Source: Macrostomum lignano
Lineage: Eukaryota
Assembly (NCBI GenBank): GCA_002269645.1
Contig: NIVC01001517.1
Coordinates: 62,001-126,000, forward strand
DNA: 64,000 nt
Direction: 5' to 3'
The notes under the pieces are model-generated. The model saw only the letters and a program-made list of their open reading frames with translations, was not told the DNA's origin and made no database searches. Each line of letters opens with the position of its first letter. The first letter of the stretch is position 1. A program made the position numbers and the translations under genes. Positions 1-11,811 of the stretch are shown here, piece after piece.

Positions 1-1210
1 CTGAGAAACTGTAAGAACCGCAATTTAGAGGCAGATCAAGACAAACAGTTTCAATTAGCGAGCATACCTAAGCCTACTCAAAGACTGTAAGCACAAACCA
101 GCTGTAGATGGGTGCCTCGTAGATCAACTGGCCGAAATTGAACGCGAACCTGTTTTTGCTTCTGGTCCGAAATTCAAAAACTTTTTTTCTTTTTACCACA
201 ATGTTTCAATGTACTTTCCTTTATAGTCTGCGAATGCACTTCTGTGTGTAAGACGTTCGATTTCCTCTTTTGTTAATTGCCGTTGATTCGAAAGGAGTCC
301 TTGTTTTGTGTGCAATCAGATATTTTTTTCTTATAATTCATAACCAGAGAAAAGATTGTCCTGTTACAATTATTTATTGCCTTTTTTGCCTCTCAAACAG
401 CTCAATCTTTTTAAGACTCAAATTTCATGCTATACTCGGATATAAGCGGCGAACTCTGCACACCATCAGTTGTTTGCTAAGGGCACAGATTTTTTTCTTT
501 TTTGAAGCCCGATACTAACGAGCACTCACCTTTCAATGCACTTTTTCATTCAATTTGATTCTTTGGTTCGTACCAGTGAATTTATTTAGCCAAGACAGAC
601 TTGAGCACTTAGTATTTTTCTCTGATACACGCGCTCTTACCTTGTAATTCAATGTTTTGAAGACTTTTCATATCAATATAATTGCAATCACTAAACTTAT
701 TTGACTCAGTCTGCAAGTTATTACTATTAGAAGCAAAATTCTGTAAAACGATTGGGACAGCGAGGACAAAGAGGCTGAGACTGGGGTGCCACATTCGGCA
801 TGGCGATGAAGGTAACAAAAATACTCGACAGTAAGTCACGGAATTGAGTAGCCGCTCGCTTATAGTGACAGCCGAAAATTTGGTCGTCTTTTTAAACAAA
901 ACAAAACAAATTATACTTTCTTGAATGAATGAATCGATTACATTTCCAATCTCATTGATATTGTTAGCAAATTCTTCAAAAGTCACGTTTATATCTGCAG
1001 TGAACACTTTTTTTATTGATCTTTTAGATCGATCAGAAAGCACTTGCAATGTCCTATGGGGATCAGAAAGTACTTGTACTATTTGGGTGGATAACACGAC
1101 ACGGATGTCCGAAATCATCCTGCTCTCGTTTTTCATCAATCTTTGATGGTTTACCGTACAGAAGACGCGAATGTTTCGATGCGATACTGAAAGCTGAGAA
1201 TCGTTCGCTG

Positions 1211-1397
1211 GAGTAGCCGTTCGCTAGAGTAGCCGTTCGCTAGAGTAGCCGTTCGCTAGAGTAGCCGTTCGCTAGAGTAGCCGTTCGCTAGAGTAGCCGT
1301 TCGCTAGAGTAGCCGTTCGCTAGAGTAGCCGTTCGCTAGAGTAGCCGCTCGCTAGAGTAGCCGTTCGCTAGAGTAGCCGTTCGCTAGAGTAGCCGCT
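1211..1397. repeat. 16-bp minisatellite (GAGTAGCCG[T/C]TCGCTA)n, left part, interrupted by LINE
   Basis: Direct tandem copies; the same unit resumes at 5520. A solo unit lies at 846-860. Confidence 0.97.
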
Positions 1398-1452
1398 TCT
1401 TCTTCTTCTTCTTCTTCGGGCGTGCTCGGGCCAGGGCCCATGGCACCGGGCG

Positions 1453-4400
1453 TCAGATGGCGCCCGCCTTCCCGAGGAAGTTCAGCACCGCGACGCAGTT
1501 CTCGAAAACTGCCGCGGGCTCCGGGCTTGGCCCCCAGAGGCGGCAGCGGTGTGATGTCAGGGCGGGGCAGGAGATCAGCAGATGGGCCGCCGTCTCCTCT
1601 CCATCGCCACAGAAGCGGCAGGTGGGGGCCACGTCAACGCCGATGGCGGCCTGGAAGCCCCGCAGGGCCGGGCAGCGGTCGGCGCGCAGCTGGCAGATCA
1701 GCCGCTCCTGCCGCCGCGTGAGGTCGCTTGTCGGCTGAGGCGGCAGGCGGCCCGCCGTGCAGGCAAGGTGCCAGGCAAGCGAGCTCGTGCTCGCCGCCTC
1801 GGTGGCCGCCGCGTTGTAGATTTGGTGCCAGCGGGCGAGGCAGTAGCGGCGGACGGCAGCCTGCGCGGCAGCTAGCGGTACGGGCGCGGTGCCTTGCGCC
1901 AGCGTGGTGCCTTGCTTGGCGATCTCGTCCACGGCCTCGTTGCCTGGGATTCCCGCGTGGCCAGGCACCCACTGCAGGTGGACCGAGGTTCCCCGGGCCG
2001 CGAGGTCGGCGAGGCTGCCCCAGACGGCGTCGATCATGGTGGCGCCCGTCGACCCGGGGCCGGACGCGAGCGCGCTAAGCGCGCTCAGGGAGTCGGAGCA
2101 GATGCGGACCGGCGACAGCTCTGCTGGGTCCGGGGCCGCGAGCACCCACCGAAGGGCCTCAGCGATGGCCACTAACTCGGCGTGGAAGCTGGACGTCACA
2201 TGGCCAGCAGCGACGCACAGCGTCGTGTTGGGCTCGACCAGGACGCCACTGCCGCCGTCCAGGATGCCGTCCTTCGCCGCTCCGTCGGTCCAGATCACGG
2301 TGCTGGCGGGCGGCAGGGCGGCAAGTGTCTGCTGCGCCGCGGCTCTCCGGGCCTCCGGCAGGTCCCCCGCGAGGTTGGGGAGGCCAACTGCAGCCCGAGG
2401 GTGACAGAGTCCAGAACAGCCCAGGGAGGTGTCGTCGGGATAGCGTGGACGGGCTCTCGCGGGAAGCCGCTCAGGCCCGCAGCGCTGCATACACTGGCCG
2501 CCGTCTCGCGCCAGCCGCGGGCGCTTTGGAGGCGGCGGCGCGGGCCGACGCTGGCCGCGCAGGCGCGCAGCGGGTTGTCATGCGGCAGCCGGAGGGCGCG
2601 CTCGTGGAGGAGGCCAGCGTGCATCTCCGCGCGGACTGCCATCGGCGGCAATCCAGCCTCGCGCTCCAGCACCTCCGACCTGGTGTTCCGTGGGCACCCG
2701 GTGATGATGCGCGCGCCCAGGCGCTGGGCCCGGTCCAGGTGGTCGATAGCTGTCCTGCAGGCCGTCGGCATCCAGGCGCCGGCAGCGTACTCAAGCACCG
2801 GCCGCACATAGGCCGTGTAGAGCTGGCGCACGTCGCTCTGCTTGGCGCCCCAGTTGCTGCCAGACAGCGCCGCCAGAACGCCGCAGCGGGCGCGGGCGCG
2901 GCCGGCGACGTTGGCGGCGTGCGCCGTGAAGCTGAGCAGCCGGTCCAGGATGACGCCGAGGAAGCGCGGCTGGCGGTCCGTCGAGAGCGGGGCGTCGTTC
3001 AGCCGCAGACGCAGCTCACGGCTGGCCTCTCCGGCGGTGGTGGTGAACAGGGAAGCGGCGCACTTGTTCGGCGCCAGCTCCATCCGCCACTCGTTCGCCC
3101 AGTCGGAGACCGCGTCGATCGCAGCCTGCGCCTTCGTCTCGGCCTCTTCCACGGTCAGGCCTTGCACTGCGATGGCCAGGTCGTCGGCGTAGAGGAACGG
3201 CGTGCAGTCGGACGGCAGGTGGTCAGGCAGGTCGTTGATGTACAGCGCAAAGAGCAGAGGGGCAAGGACACTCCCCTGTGGCAGGCCCTCGCGGAAGAGC
3301 CGCCAGCTGCTCAGCGCGCCGTCCACCCTGACGGCAGCGCGGCGATCGGCCAGGAAGCTGCTGACCCAGCGGACCCCGGCCGCTGGGATGCCGGCGTTGT
3401 GCAGCTTGTGCAGCAGGCCCTGCTTCCAGACGGTGTCGTACGCCCGCCGGAAGTCGAACAGGACGACGACCGTCCGCCTGGCGGGGGCCGCCTGGTGGCC
3501 GTCGCTGATGAGCTGGGTGAGCCGGGCAATCTGGTCCTCGGTGCTGCGCCGCTTGCGGAAGCCGGCTTGGGCGGGGTGCAGCAGGTGCCGGGACTCGGCC
3601 CACCAGTAGAGCCGCGCTTGAACCAGACGCTCGGCCAGCTTGGCCAGAGTGGAGGTAAGGGCAATCGGCCGGTATGAGCCGATCTCGTCGGCCGGCTTGC
3701 CCTTCTTGAGGATCGGCACGATGTGGGCACGGCGCCACGCCGCGGGGACCTCCCCCTGGGTCCAGGACGCGTTGATCAGCTGCAGGACCGCCCGGCGGCC
3801 AGCGGCGCCGAGGTGCTGCAGATGTTCAGCGCAGATCTCATCGGGTCCTGGGGCCTTCCTGGCCGGGAGGGAGTGGAGAGCCCTGTCCAGCTCGCGGTGC
3901 GAGAACGGCTTTCCAAAGTCTCTGCTCCCATGGCTGTCGGCGCCGGCTCGCGAAGCGCTGCTGCGGAAGTTCTCGCGGCGGAGGTCTCGCGTCCTGCGGT
4001 CTTGCGGGAGGCGGCTGACGGAGGCATACTCACGGGCGTAGGCCTCGGCGATGTCCTTCGACTGGACGAGCGTCTTTTGGCCCACCCGGAGCGCTGCGTC
4101 CCGCTGCAGGTTGCTGTTTCTGCCGTCGAGGGAGCGGACAATTCTCCAGATCTTGGAGTGGTCGCTGTCAGCTGCCACCTCGCCGGCGAAGGTCCTCCAG
4201 CTCTCGCGTTTGGCGTCGGCGATCGTCTTCTTGGCGTCGGCACAGGCTCGATTCCAGGCAGGCCGCACGCTCGGGTCGGCGGCGGCGGCGGCCCACGCGG
4301 CGCGGCGAGCCTTTACGGCGTCGTCGACCTCTGGCGTCCACCAGGCCTTGGCGGAGGGCCGCGCCCCGCGAGGGACAGACGCCTTGTCGGCTTCCTGGAT

Positions 4401-5368
4401 GGCCGTGGTCAGCTGCTGGTTGGCCTCGCTGACCGACTCGGGCGGGCAGGCCTCCCAGCCAGCCAGGGCTTCCTCGGTCCGGGCGCGGAAACTGGCCCAG
4501 TCCGCCTTCGCCCAGGACCGCCGGGCGGCGCCCCCGCGCTTGGCCGCGCCTCGGCTGTGGATGGTGATGCAGATCGGCAGGTGGTCCGAGCCGACGTCTC
4601 CCCGGACCTGCCACTCGGCCCGGTTGGCGAGCGACTTGTGGCACAGGCTGACGTCAGGCGCCGTCTGCCGGGTGTTGGCGCGGCGCGGCATGTGGGTGGC
4701 GCTGCCGTCGTTCAGGACGCGCATGCCGGACACCACGGACCACTCGAAGACCGCCGTGCCCAGGTCCGACTCTTCCGATTCGGGGTCCCAGGCTGGATGG
4801 TGCGCGTTCAGGTCGCCCAGGATCACCGTGTTGACGCCGGACGGGAGGTGCCGGGGGCTGAAGCGCTGCACGCGGTCGTCGCCTTCAGCCGTTCTGATCG
4901 GCGGGATGTAGAGGCAGTGGATGTCCAGGCTCTCGACGCTCTTTTCAGAGGGGAAAACCCGGACGCCGGCCCACTCCGTGGTGACGTCATCGGGGGCGCA
5001 GGGGCACTCCTGCAGCACCTCGAAGCGCAGCCCCTCGCGGATGACGATTGCAGCGCCTCCTCCGCGCGTGGGGCCGCCGGAGCGCCGGCCGCTCTGACGG
5101 TGGCGCCAGATCGCGTTGAACCCCGGCAGGCGCGGATCCCGACCCTCGGTGGTGTGGGTCTCTTGCAGGCACGCCACGTCGATGCGCAGATCCAGCAGCA
5201 GCTTGCACAATTCGGGCATCTTGGAGGCGACGCCCTCTGCGTTGAGTTGCAGGAGGTGCAGGCTACTGGGGGGCCGCGCGCGCACGGGCCGCTGGGTCGG
5301 GGGCGCCTCGCGCCGCCGGGGGCCCGCCGTTGAGGCTCGGCGGGCTGGTTCAGGCGTCGGCTAGTCAT
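1453..5368 (-). CDS. LINE polyprotein: AP endonuclease, reverse transcriptase, RNase H, C-terminal CCHC; two apparent 1-bp frameshifts
   Basis: APE motifs QLNAEG, ACLQET, GDLNAHH, SDHLP. RT motifs YRPIALTS, FDFRRAYD, GLPQGSVL, YADD, FLGV. RNase H motifs WTDG, AELVA, SDSLSAL, WVPGHAGIPGNEAVD. Zn knuckle CRFC..H..C. Frames join if one base is added near 2364-2368 and one near 5290-5330. Confidence 0.92.
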
Positions 5369-5451
5369 TTAATCGGCAGGTGGCCGCCAGATGCCAATTG
5401 GGCGGCGAAGAGACTGCGTCGCGGTGTGGGCCTCGGGAAAGGCCCGTTGCT

Positions 5452-5519
5452 GACCTGCATTTCGTGGGCCTTTCGGTCCTCCAGAGGGCACCTCGGGGAG
5501 GCGCAGGTCGTTGCTCTCC
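5452..5519 (-). ncRNA. HDV-like self-cleaving ribozyme (predicted) at the LINE 5' end
   Basis: Minus strand: P1 GGAGAGC / GCCCUCU (G1.U37 wobble, one A.C mismatch), J1/2 AAC, P2 GACCUGC / GCAGGUC, P3 GCC / GGU, L3 UCCCCGA, P1.1 GG, P4 GGACC-GAAA-GGCCC, J4/2 ACGAAAU. G1 is the first base inside the TSD. Confidence 0.8.
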
Positions 5520-6040
5520 AGAGTAGCCGCTCGCTAGAGTAGCCGTTCGCTAGAGTAGCCGCTCGCTAGAGTAGCCGTTCGCTAGAGTAGCCGTTCGCTA
5601 GAGTAGCCGCTCGCTAGAGTAGCCGCTCGCTAGAGTAGCCGTTCGCTAGAGTAGCCGTTCGCTAGAGTAGCCGCTCGCTAGAGTAGCCGTTCGCTAGAGT
5701 AGCCGTTCGCTAGAGTAGCCGTTCGCTAGAGTAGCCGCTCGCTATAGAGTAGCCGCTCGCTAGAGTAGCCGTTCGCTAGAGTAGCCGCTCGCTAGAGTAG
5801 CCGTTCGCTAGAGTAGCCGCTCGCTAGAGTAGCCGTTCGCTAGAGTAGCCGCTCGCTAGAGTAGCCGTTCGCTTGGGTAGCCGCTCGCTAGAGTAGCCGT
5901 TCGCTTGGGTAGCCGCTCGCTTGGGTAGCCGTTCGCTAGAGTAGCCGCTCGCTAGAGTAGCCGTTCGCTAGAGTAGCCGCTCGCTAGAGTAGCCGTTCGC
6001 TTGGGTAGCCGCTCGCTAGAGTGAGTAGTCGTTCGCTAGG
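5520..6040. repeat. 16-bp minisatellite, right part
   Basis: Same unit as 1211-1397, with GCTTGG variants toward the end. Confidence 0.97.
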
Positions 6041-6705
6041 AGACTTCCAGCAGGCAGCCGCTTGCCAATCGTTAACCAGAGCTCTGTCAGAGCTACATGG
6101 GCTTGATAGAAATCCATCAGCTCCATGCATCACCTCACTGTGCGGTTGGCCAGAATCAGTGAGCAGACTGTGAGTCTGTGAGCTGTGCGGCCCTTGTGAG
6201 CCTCGATTGTTCCCCACTGTTCCGTAGAGGCTGCAGCAGCTGCTCACAGTTTTTCGGGTCAGCAGGTCCATCACCGAGGTCATCAGGTCTACCGTCTGTC
6301 TACGCCAGTAAATGAATTTCGGTTTTGCCACAGAACTCAATTTGAGTGACAACGGGAATGGCCGCTGGCAACATGTGAAAATTCTTCGGCATTGATGAGA
6401 AACATAAAAATTCTCCAGCCAAAAAAGCCTGGCGACTCATTTAGTGAAATGCAAGCAAAATCCCGCCACTGCTAAATGCTGTTCGTGTAACAATGGGAGT
6501 CGAGGGTCGTTCGTGCGTGCCGATTCATCGTCAGACTGTCTATCTTTTCGTCTGCGCAGGTACGATTTCATCAGCTTTTCAGACCGAAAAATAATTTTGA
6601 TTAAGAGCTCAGGAGAGCTGGCAGGATCAAGAGCCAGCAATGGATGCAGCTGATGGATTTTATTTAGGCCCGATTCAGCTGTGACCGCCCGCTGCCAATC
6701 TGCCA

Positions 6706-7708
6706 GCGAGTGAGTCTCAGCTCGAGCTGGCTCACACAGGCAGCGAGTGAGTCTCAGCTCGAGCTGGCTCACACAGGCAGCGAGTGAGTCTCAGCTCGAG
6801 CTGGCTCACACAGGCAGCGAGTGAGTCTCAGCTTGAGCTGGCTCACACAGGCAGCGAGTGAGTCTCAGCTTGAGCTGGCTCACACAGGCAGCGAGTAAGT
6901 CTCAGCTTGAGCTGGCTCACACAGGCAGCGAGTGAGTCTCAGCTTGAGCTGGCTCACACAGGCAGCGAGTGAGTCTCAGCTCGAGCTGGCTCACACAGGC
7001 AGCGAGTGAGTCTCAGCTTGAGCTGGCTCACACAGGCAGCGAGTGAGTCTCAGCTTGAGCTGGCTCACACAGGCAGCGAGTGAGTCTCAGCTTGAGCTGG
7101 CTCACACAGGCAGCGAGTGAGTCTCAGCTTGAGCTGGCTCACACAGGCAGCGAGTGAGTCTCAGCTTGAGCTGGCTCACACAGGCAGCGAGTGAGTCTCA
7201 GCTTGAGCTGGCTCACACAGGCAGCGAGTAAGTCTCAGCTTGAGCTGGCTCACACAGGCAGCGAGTGAGTCTCAGCTTGAGCTGGCTCACACAGGCAGCG
7301 AGTGAGTCTCAGCTTGAGCTGGCTCACACAGGCAGCGAGTGAGTCTCAGCTTGAGCTGGCTCACACAGGCAGCGAGTGAGTCTCAGCTTGAGCTGGCTCA
7401 CACAGGCAGCGAGTGAGTCTCAGCTTGAGCTGGCTCACACAGGCAGCGAGTGAGTCTCAGCTTGAGCTGGCTCACACAGGCAGCGAGTGAGTCTCAGCTT
7501 GAGCTGGCTCACACAGGCAGCGAGTGAGTCTCAGCTTGAGCTGGCTCACACAGGCAGCGAGTGAGTCTCAGCTTGAGCTGGCTCACACAGGCAGCGAGTG
7601 AGTCTCAGCTTGAGCTGGCTCACACAGGCAGCGAGTGAGTCTCAGCTTGAGCTGGCTCACACAGGCAGCGAGTGAGTCTCAGCTTGAGCTGGCTCACACA
7701 GGCAGCGA
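6706..7708. repeat. 37-bp minisatellite with internal dyad symmetry (~27 copies)
   Basis: Unit GCGAGTGAGTCTCAGCT[C/T]GAGCTGGCTCACACAGGCA, period measured 6711 to 6748; no spacers. Confidence 0.97.
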
Positions 7709-7863
7709 AGCGAAGCAGCTCTGCTAGACTGAATCAATCAGCTTCTCCCTGCCATATTCTGCCTCACCCGAGCTTCAGCCTGCAGTCTCGGGGGCTCGAT
7801 TTGTAAAAATATTCCAATTGTGTTGCTTTTATTTATTTCTTTTTGAGATTCGACAATTGCCTG

Positions 7864-8351
7864 TTCAGGACTGGCACCGCTCCTGAGTTTCCTTCAGGAC
7901 TTGCACCGCTCCTGAGTTTCCTTCAGGACTTGCACCACTCCTGAGTGTCCTTCAGGACTTGCACCGCTCCTGAGTTTCCTTCAGGACTTGCACCGCTCCT
8001 GAGTTTCCTTCAGGACTTGCACCGCTCCTGAATGTCCTTCAGGACTTGCACCGCTCCTGAATGTCCTTCAGGACTTGCACCGCTTCTGAATGTCCTTCAG
8101 GACTTGCACCGCTCCTGAATGTCCTTCACGACTTGCACCGCTCCTGAATGTCCTTCAGGACTTGCACCGCTCTTGAATGTCCTTCAGGACTTGCACCACT
8201 CCTGAGTGTCCTTCAGGACTTGCACCGCTCCTGAGTGTCCTTCAGGACTTGCACCACTCCTGAGTGTCCTTCAGGACTTGCACCGCTCCTGAGTTTTCTT
8301 CAGGACTGGCACCGCTCCCGAAGTTTCCTTCAGGACTTGCACCGCTCCTGA
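7864..8351. repeat. 29-bp minisatellite (~17 copies)
   Basis: Unit CTCCTGA[GTTT/ATGT]CCTTCAGGACTTGCACCG with TCCTGA..TCAGGA inverted core. Confidence 0.95.
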
Positions 8352-9425
8352 ATAGTCCCAGTTTTGACTTGACTCAGACAGGCTCATCTCCCTCGGCGCA
8401 CACCCGGATTTCTCCAACGTTATCAGACCCGAGAACTGAGGGCACTACCATCGTACGCTCGTAGCACCCAGTTTGGATGCGCCCAATTCATTTCATCCAG
8501 TGAGCGCCTGTGTCTGCAGCATGAGTGCACAAACAGCTTCCCCAAGCAACATCAAAATCGATCGATCGAGCAGACAAGCAGATCAGCGCACTGCGGCTGT
8601 AATGGATTTATTTAGAGTCCCTTTTGACGTCATCTAGAGGCTTGGGTCTTGCTTGACGTTTTTGATTGCTGCATAAATATATTTAAAGTGAATCCAAATC
8701 ATACAACATCGAACATTATATAAAAATAATTAGACAAAAATAAATTGCACAAAATCTAAAGTATCCAACACAAGAACCTACTCAAAGTTGAAGTGAGCAC
8801 AATTCAGAAACAACAGTAAAGCATTCAGTTCAGACTCTGTGTATTCGCTAAGGTGAGAAGCATCTGGTAAAGTATTCATTTCACATCTACTAAAAACAAC
8901 TAATGGAACGAATTACACAAGAAATTCGCGTCTTCATATCTATAACTCGGCTTCATTCGCACCACTGCTGGCGCTGCTGAGCCAGCTTCCATTGTCAGAG
9001 AACAGTATGATTAGATCCGCAAGATTTACATTGAAATGAGCAATTATATTGAATTAAAAGGTACATTGAAGGTGAGCAAGTATCAGGCCTCTAAGCCAAA
9101 CTTGAAAGAGAGAACTCTGTGCTCTGCTAAAACTTGAACTTGCGCAGCATGCGGCCAGCCGCTCATATCTGAACAGCATGAAATTTGAATCACAAAGCTT
9201 TCGTTTTTGGGAAAAAAAGCAGAAGGCAATAAATGGTTATGACACGCTAAATTTCTCTGGTTGACTTTTAAAGCAAATTGAAACGTTGTGATAAAATGTT
9301 CTTAAATTTCGGAATAAGAAAAACTGAAGCAAAAAAGTAGACATTGTTTGACATGATTTTTACCTCGAAAATTTTGGTTCTCAAAGTTCGTCAGCTCTGC
9401 TCAGCCGCACCTGCTGCATTCGCAC

Positions 9426-10198
9426 TCAGCGGCGGACAAAGAAGTCGCCGCTGCTGGCGCTGCTGAGCGCGGCCGGGACCGCAGCGAGCTCCAGCAGGTG
9501 GCACAGGCGCTGCTGCTGGCTGAAGATCACCGCCTGGCAACCGGAGCGGCACCGGTACAGGCACTCGGGCAGCCCGGCACTCTGCAGTGTTCTGAAGGCG
9601 GGCGCATCCGGGATGTTCAGCTCAACGAAGGTCCGGTTACCGGGGACGAACACGTTCCGGTCTGCAGTGCAGAGTGAGCGCCATTTGCATCAAAAACAAG
9701 CATCTCTACACAAAAAGCAATTTGTACTTTTAACCAACTCATGCAAGCGTCTTCTGAACTGCCCGTGTAGCTCAGCCGGAGCACTCGGTTTCGGTAGTCG
9801 CCTCCGCAGTTCTGGCGCGAGTTTCCACTGCAAACGTGGATGCACTCCCAGGCAGGAGCAGCGCCCTGCGACCCGTAGGAGTTGCCGCAGTAGCACCACT
9901 GCATGGCCTGCAGAGCCGCGAACTGGAAGCCGCCCAGAGCGCAGACGCTGCCGCACAGCTCGTGAGTCATTGTCGAGTAGCTGCCGACAAAAGCGGTGCC
10001 GCCTTCGAATATCGGAGATACCTCGGAGCTGCCGATCCGTGTGAGGCCAATGTGCTTCATGTCACCGACGTCTCTCACGCCATTTGCGCCGTCAACGAAG
10101 CAGCCGAGGTCCGAGATCTGGAACTGGCGACAGAGAGCGGCGCAGATCAGGCAGCTCAGGATCGGAGCGCAGAAGCAGGTCCTGTAAAGAGCCGGCAT
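9426..10198 (-). CDS. Secreted WSC-domain protein with C-terminal PAN/apple-like module (2 exons: 10198 to ~9750 and 9661-9426)
   Basis: Hydrophobic N-terminus. WSC cysteine pattern LGCFVD..MTHELC..C..FAALQ..WCYCGN..C..C.GN..CGG..RVLRL. CAG acceptor at 9662-9664 opens a frame with CLYRC..GCQAV..CHL. Donor position uncertain. Confidence 0.82.
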
Positions 10199-11429
10199 GG
10201 CAGGCTGATTGCCAGTGCGATTTTCACAGAAAATTGGCGGAGTTCGGACTCAGAGTAGAGAGAGCGGATTCGCATCGAGAGGCCTCATCACAGCTGTGTG
10301 AAGCGTATTATATTTTCTAACACAGAGACAATGGGCCTTCAGTACAGAACCCGTGACGGGTTTGCACAACCGCGTGAGCCCTGATTGGAATCCGTTGGCT
10401 GCTGCCATTGCGTCAAAGCCAACAGGCCCGCCGTCTATTTGCGTGAATGAAAATTGATTTCATATTCCATGAATTTCTGGGCTGCAGTTTTTGAAATAGT
10501 TCGTATTTGCAGCAACAAAGCTTGCTATAGGCCCTTAATTAAGGATGAGCATAACACATGAAATAACTGAGCGTCTAATTGAGACGCACAAGGATTTGTT
10601 GCGCACCTTTGCGGCTCGCATGTACTCGCGTTAGATGAGGCCAAGTAAGAAAAAAGTGAAGTGAAGTGGCGCAGTTTGTTTACTATAAATTAATTTACAT
10701 AATAGAGAGAGCAATCAAGACAGCGGCGGGAGGCTGCCCATTAGGGGCTTCTGATGGGCGGGCCTTGAAAGAAACCCCCTCCCCAGGATCGCTAAAGCAG
10801 CCTTCAATTCTGTGCAACGCTTCCATACTCCAGAAGAGTCAACGGATGCATAAAAGTTCCACTTTCCACCACCGTGTCACCAATACTCAATCGTACATCC
10901 TCAATTGTTAAAAATACTCGCGAACACCAAACGCGTGGGCACGAGGGCATGAAAAATTGTCTCGAGGGGGTCCCCCCTGGCCCTACCCCTCTTTGGCAAG
11001 TTCGACAGGCAGAAAAAGCGGCTTGGCATTCCTGCCGCCTTATTGAGCCAACAAAGATGAATCATAATTGGATTCTACGGACTAAAATGTGCTTCTACGA
11101 GTAAGCCAGGAAATTTAGCGTAGGAATTACACACGACTAAATAACCGCTTCTAAGTAACCGGAGGCCCACAAATTAAGGTAAAAGAAGAACGGCCTGCAC
11201 GTGTCAGTAATATTCTTGGTTGTTAAAATCACCTCACGCATGAGGTGTCTTAAAGCAATCCTTTTGCTTATGTACTTATTATTATTATTGCTTATGCTTA
11301 AGTGAATATACGTACCATTCAGATTACTTGTTAACTGAATGCTCACCACCAAAGCTTCTACTCGTATTTTAACATGCACGGATAAAGAAATAAAATACAA
11401 TAGTGGATCTTCACCATCTTTAACAGACA

Positions 11430-11731
<302 letters not shown>

Positions 11732-11811
11732 ACAGCACAGCCTACTAGGACATGGGGTGCAGCAGAACTGTTAGAAGCAGTTTTCTTCCGAACGCATTAA
11801 CTCCCAAATCG

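Larger units (their letters stand above)
1398..5519 (-). mobile_element. Full-length non-LTR retrotransposon, single ORF APE-RT-RNaseH-CCHC, probably Ingi-like (I group)
   Basis: (GAA)n 3' tail at 1398-1417. 12-bp TSD AGAGTAGCCGCT at 1386-1397 and 5520-5531 (boundary slightly ambiguous inside the repeat). ~150-nt 5' leader, no ORF1. 3' UTR stem-loop GTGC-CAT-GGGC-CCTG-GCCC-GA-GCAC. Clade assignment is inferred from architecture. Confidence 0.93.

Noticed and set aside
609-1139. 176-aa AT-rich ORF
   Set aside because: No recognisable domain or splice support; cannot be called.
2325-5333. Long plus-strand ORFs (450 aa, 536 aa) opposite the LINE; likewise 36463-37434 opposite GT32
   Set aside because: Antisense shadows of GC-rich coding sequence with no recognisable motifs.
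5285-5368. 2A-like peptide at the N-terminus of the Ingi-like ORF
   Set aside because: No D[V/I]ExNPGP motif in any of the three frames.
6706-7708. CRISPR-like 37-bp palindromic repeats
   Set aside because: Units are head-to-tail with no unique spacers, no cas genes, and eukaryotic context.
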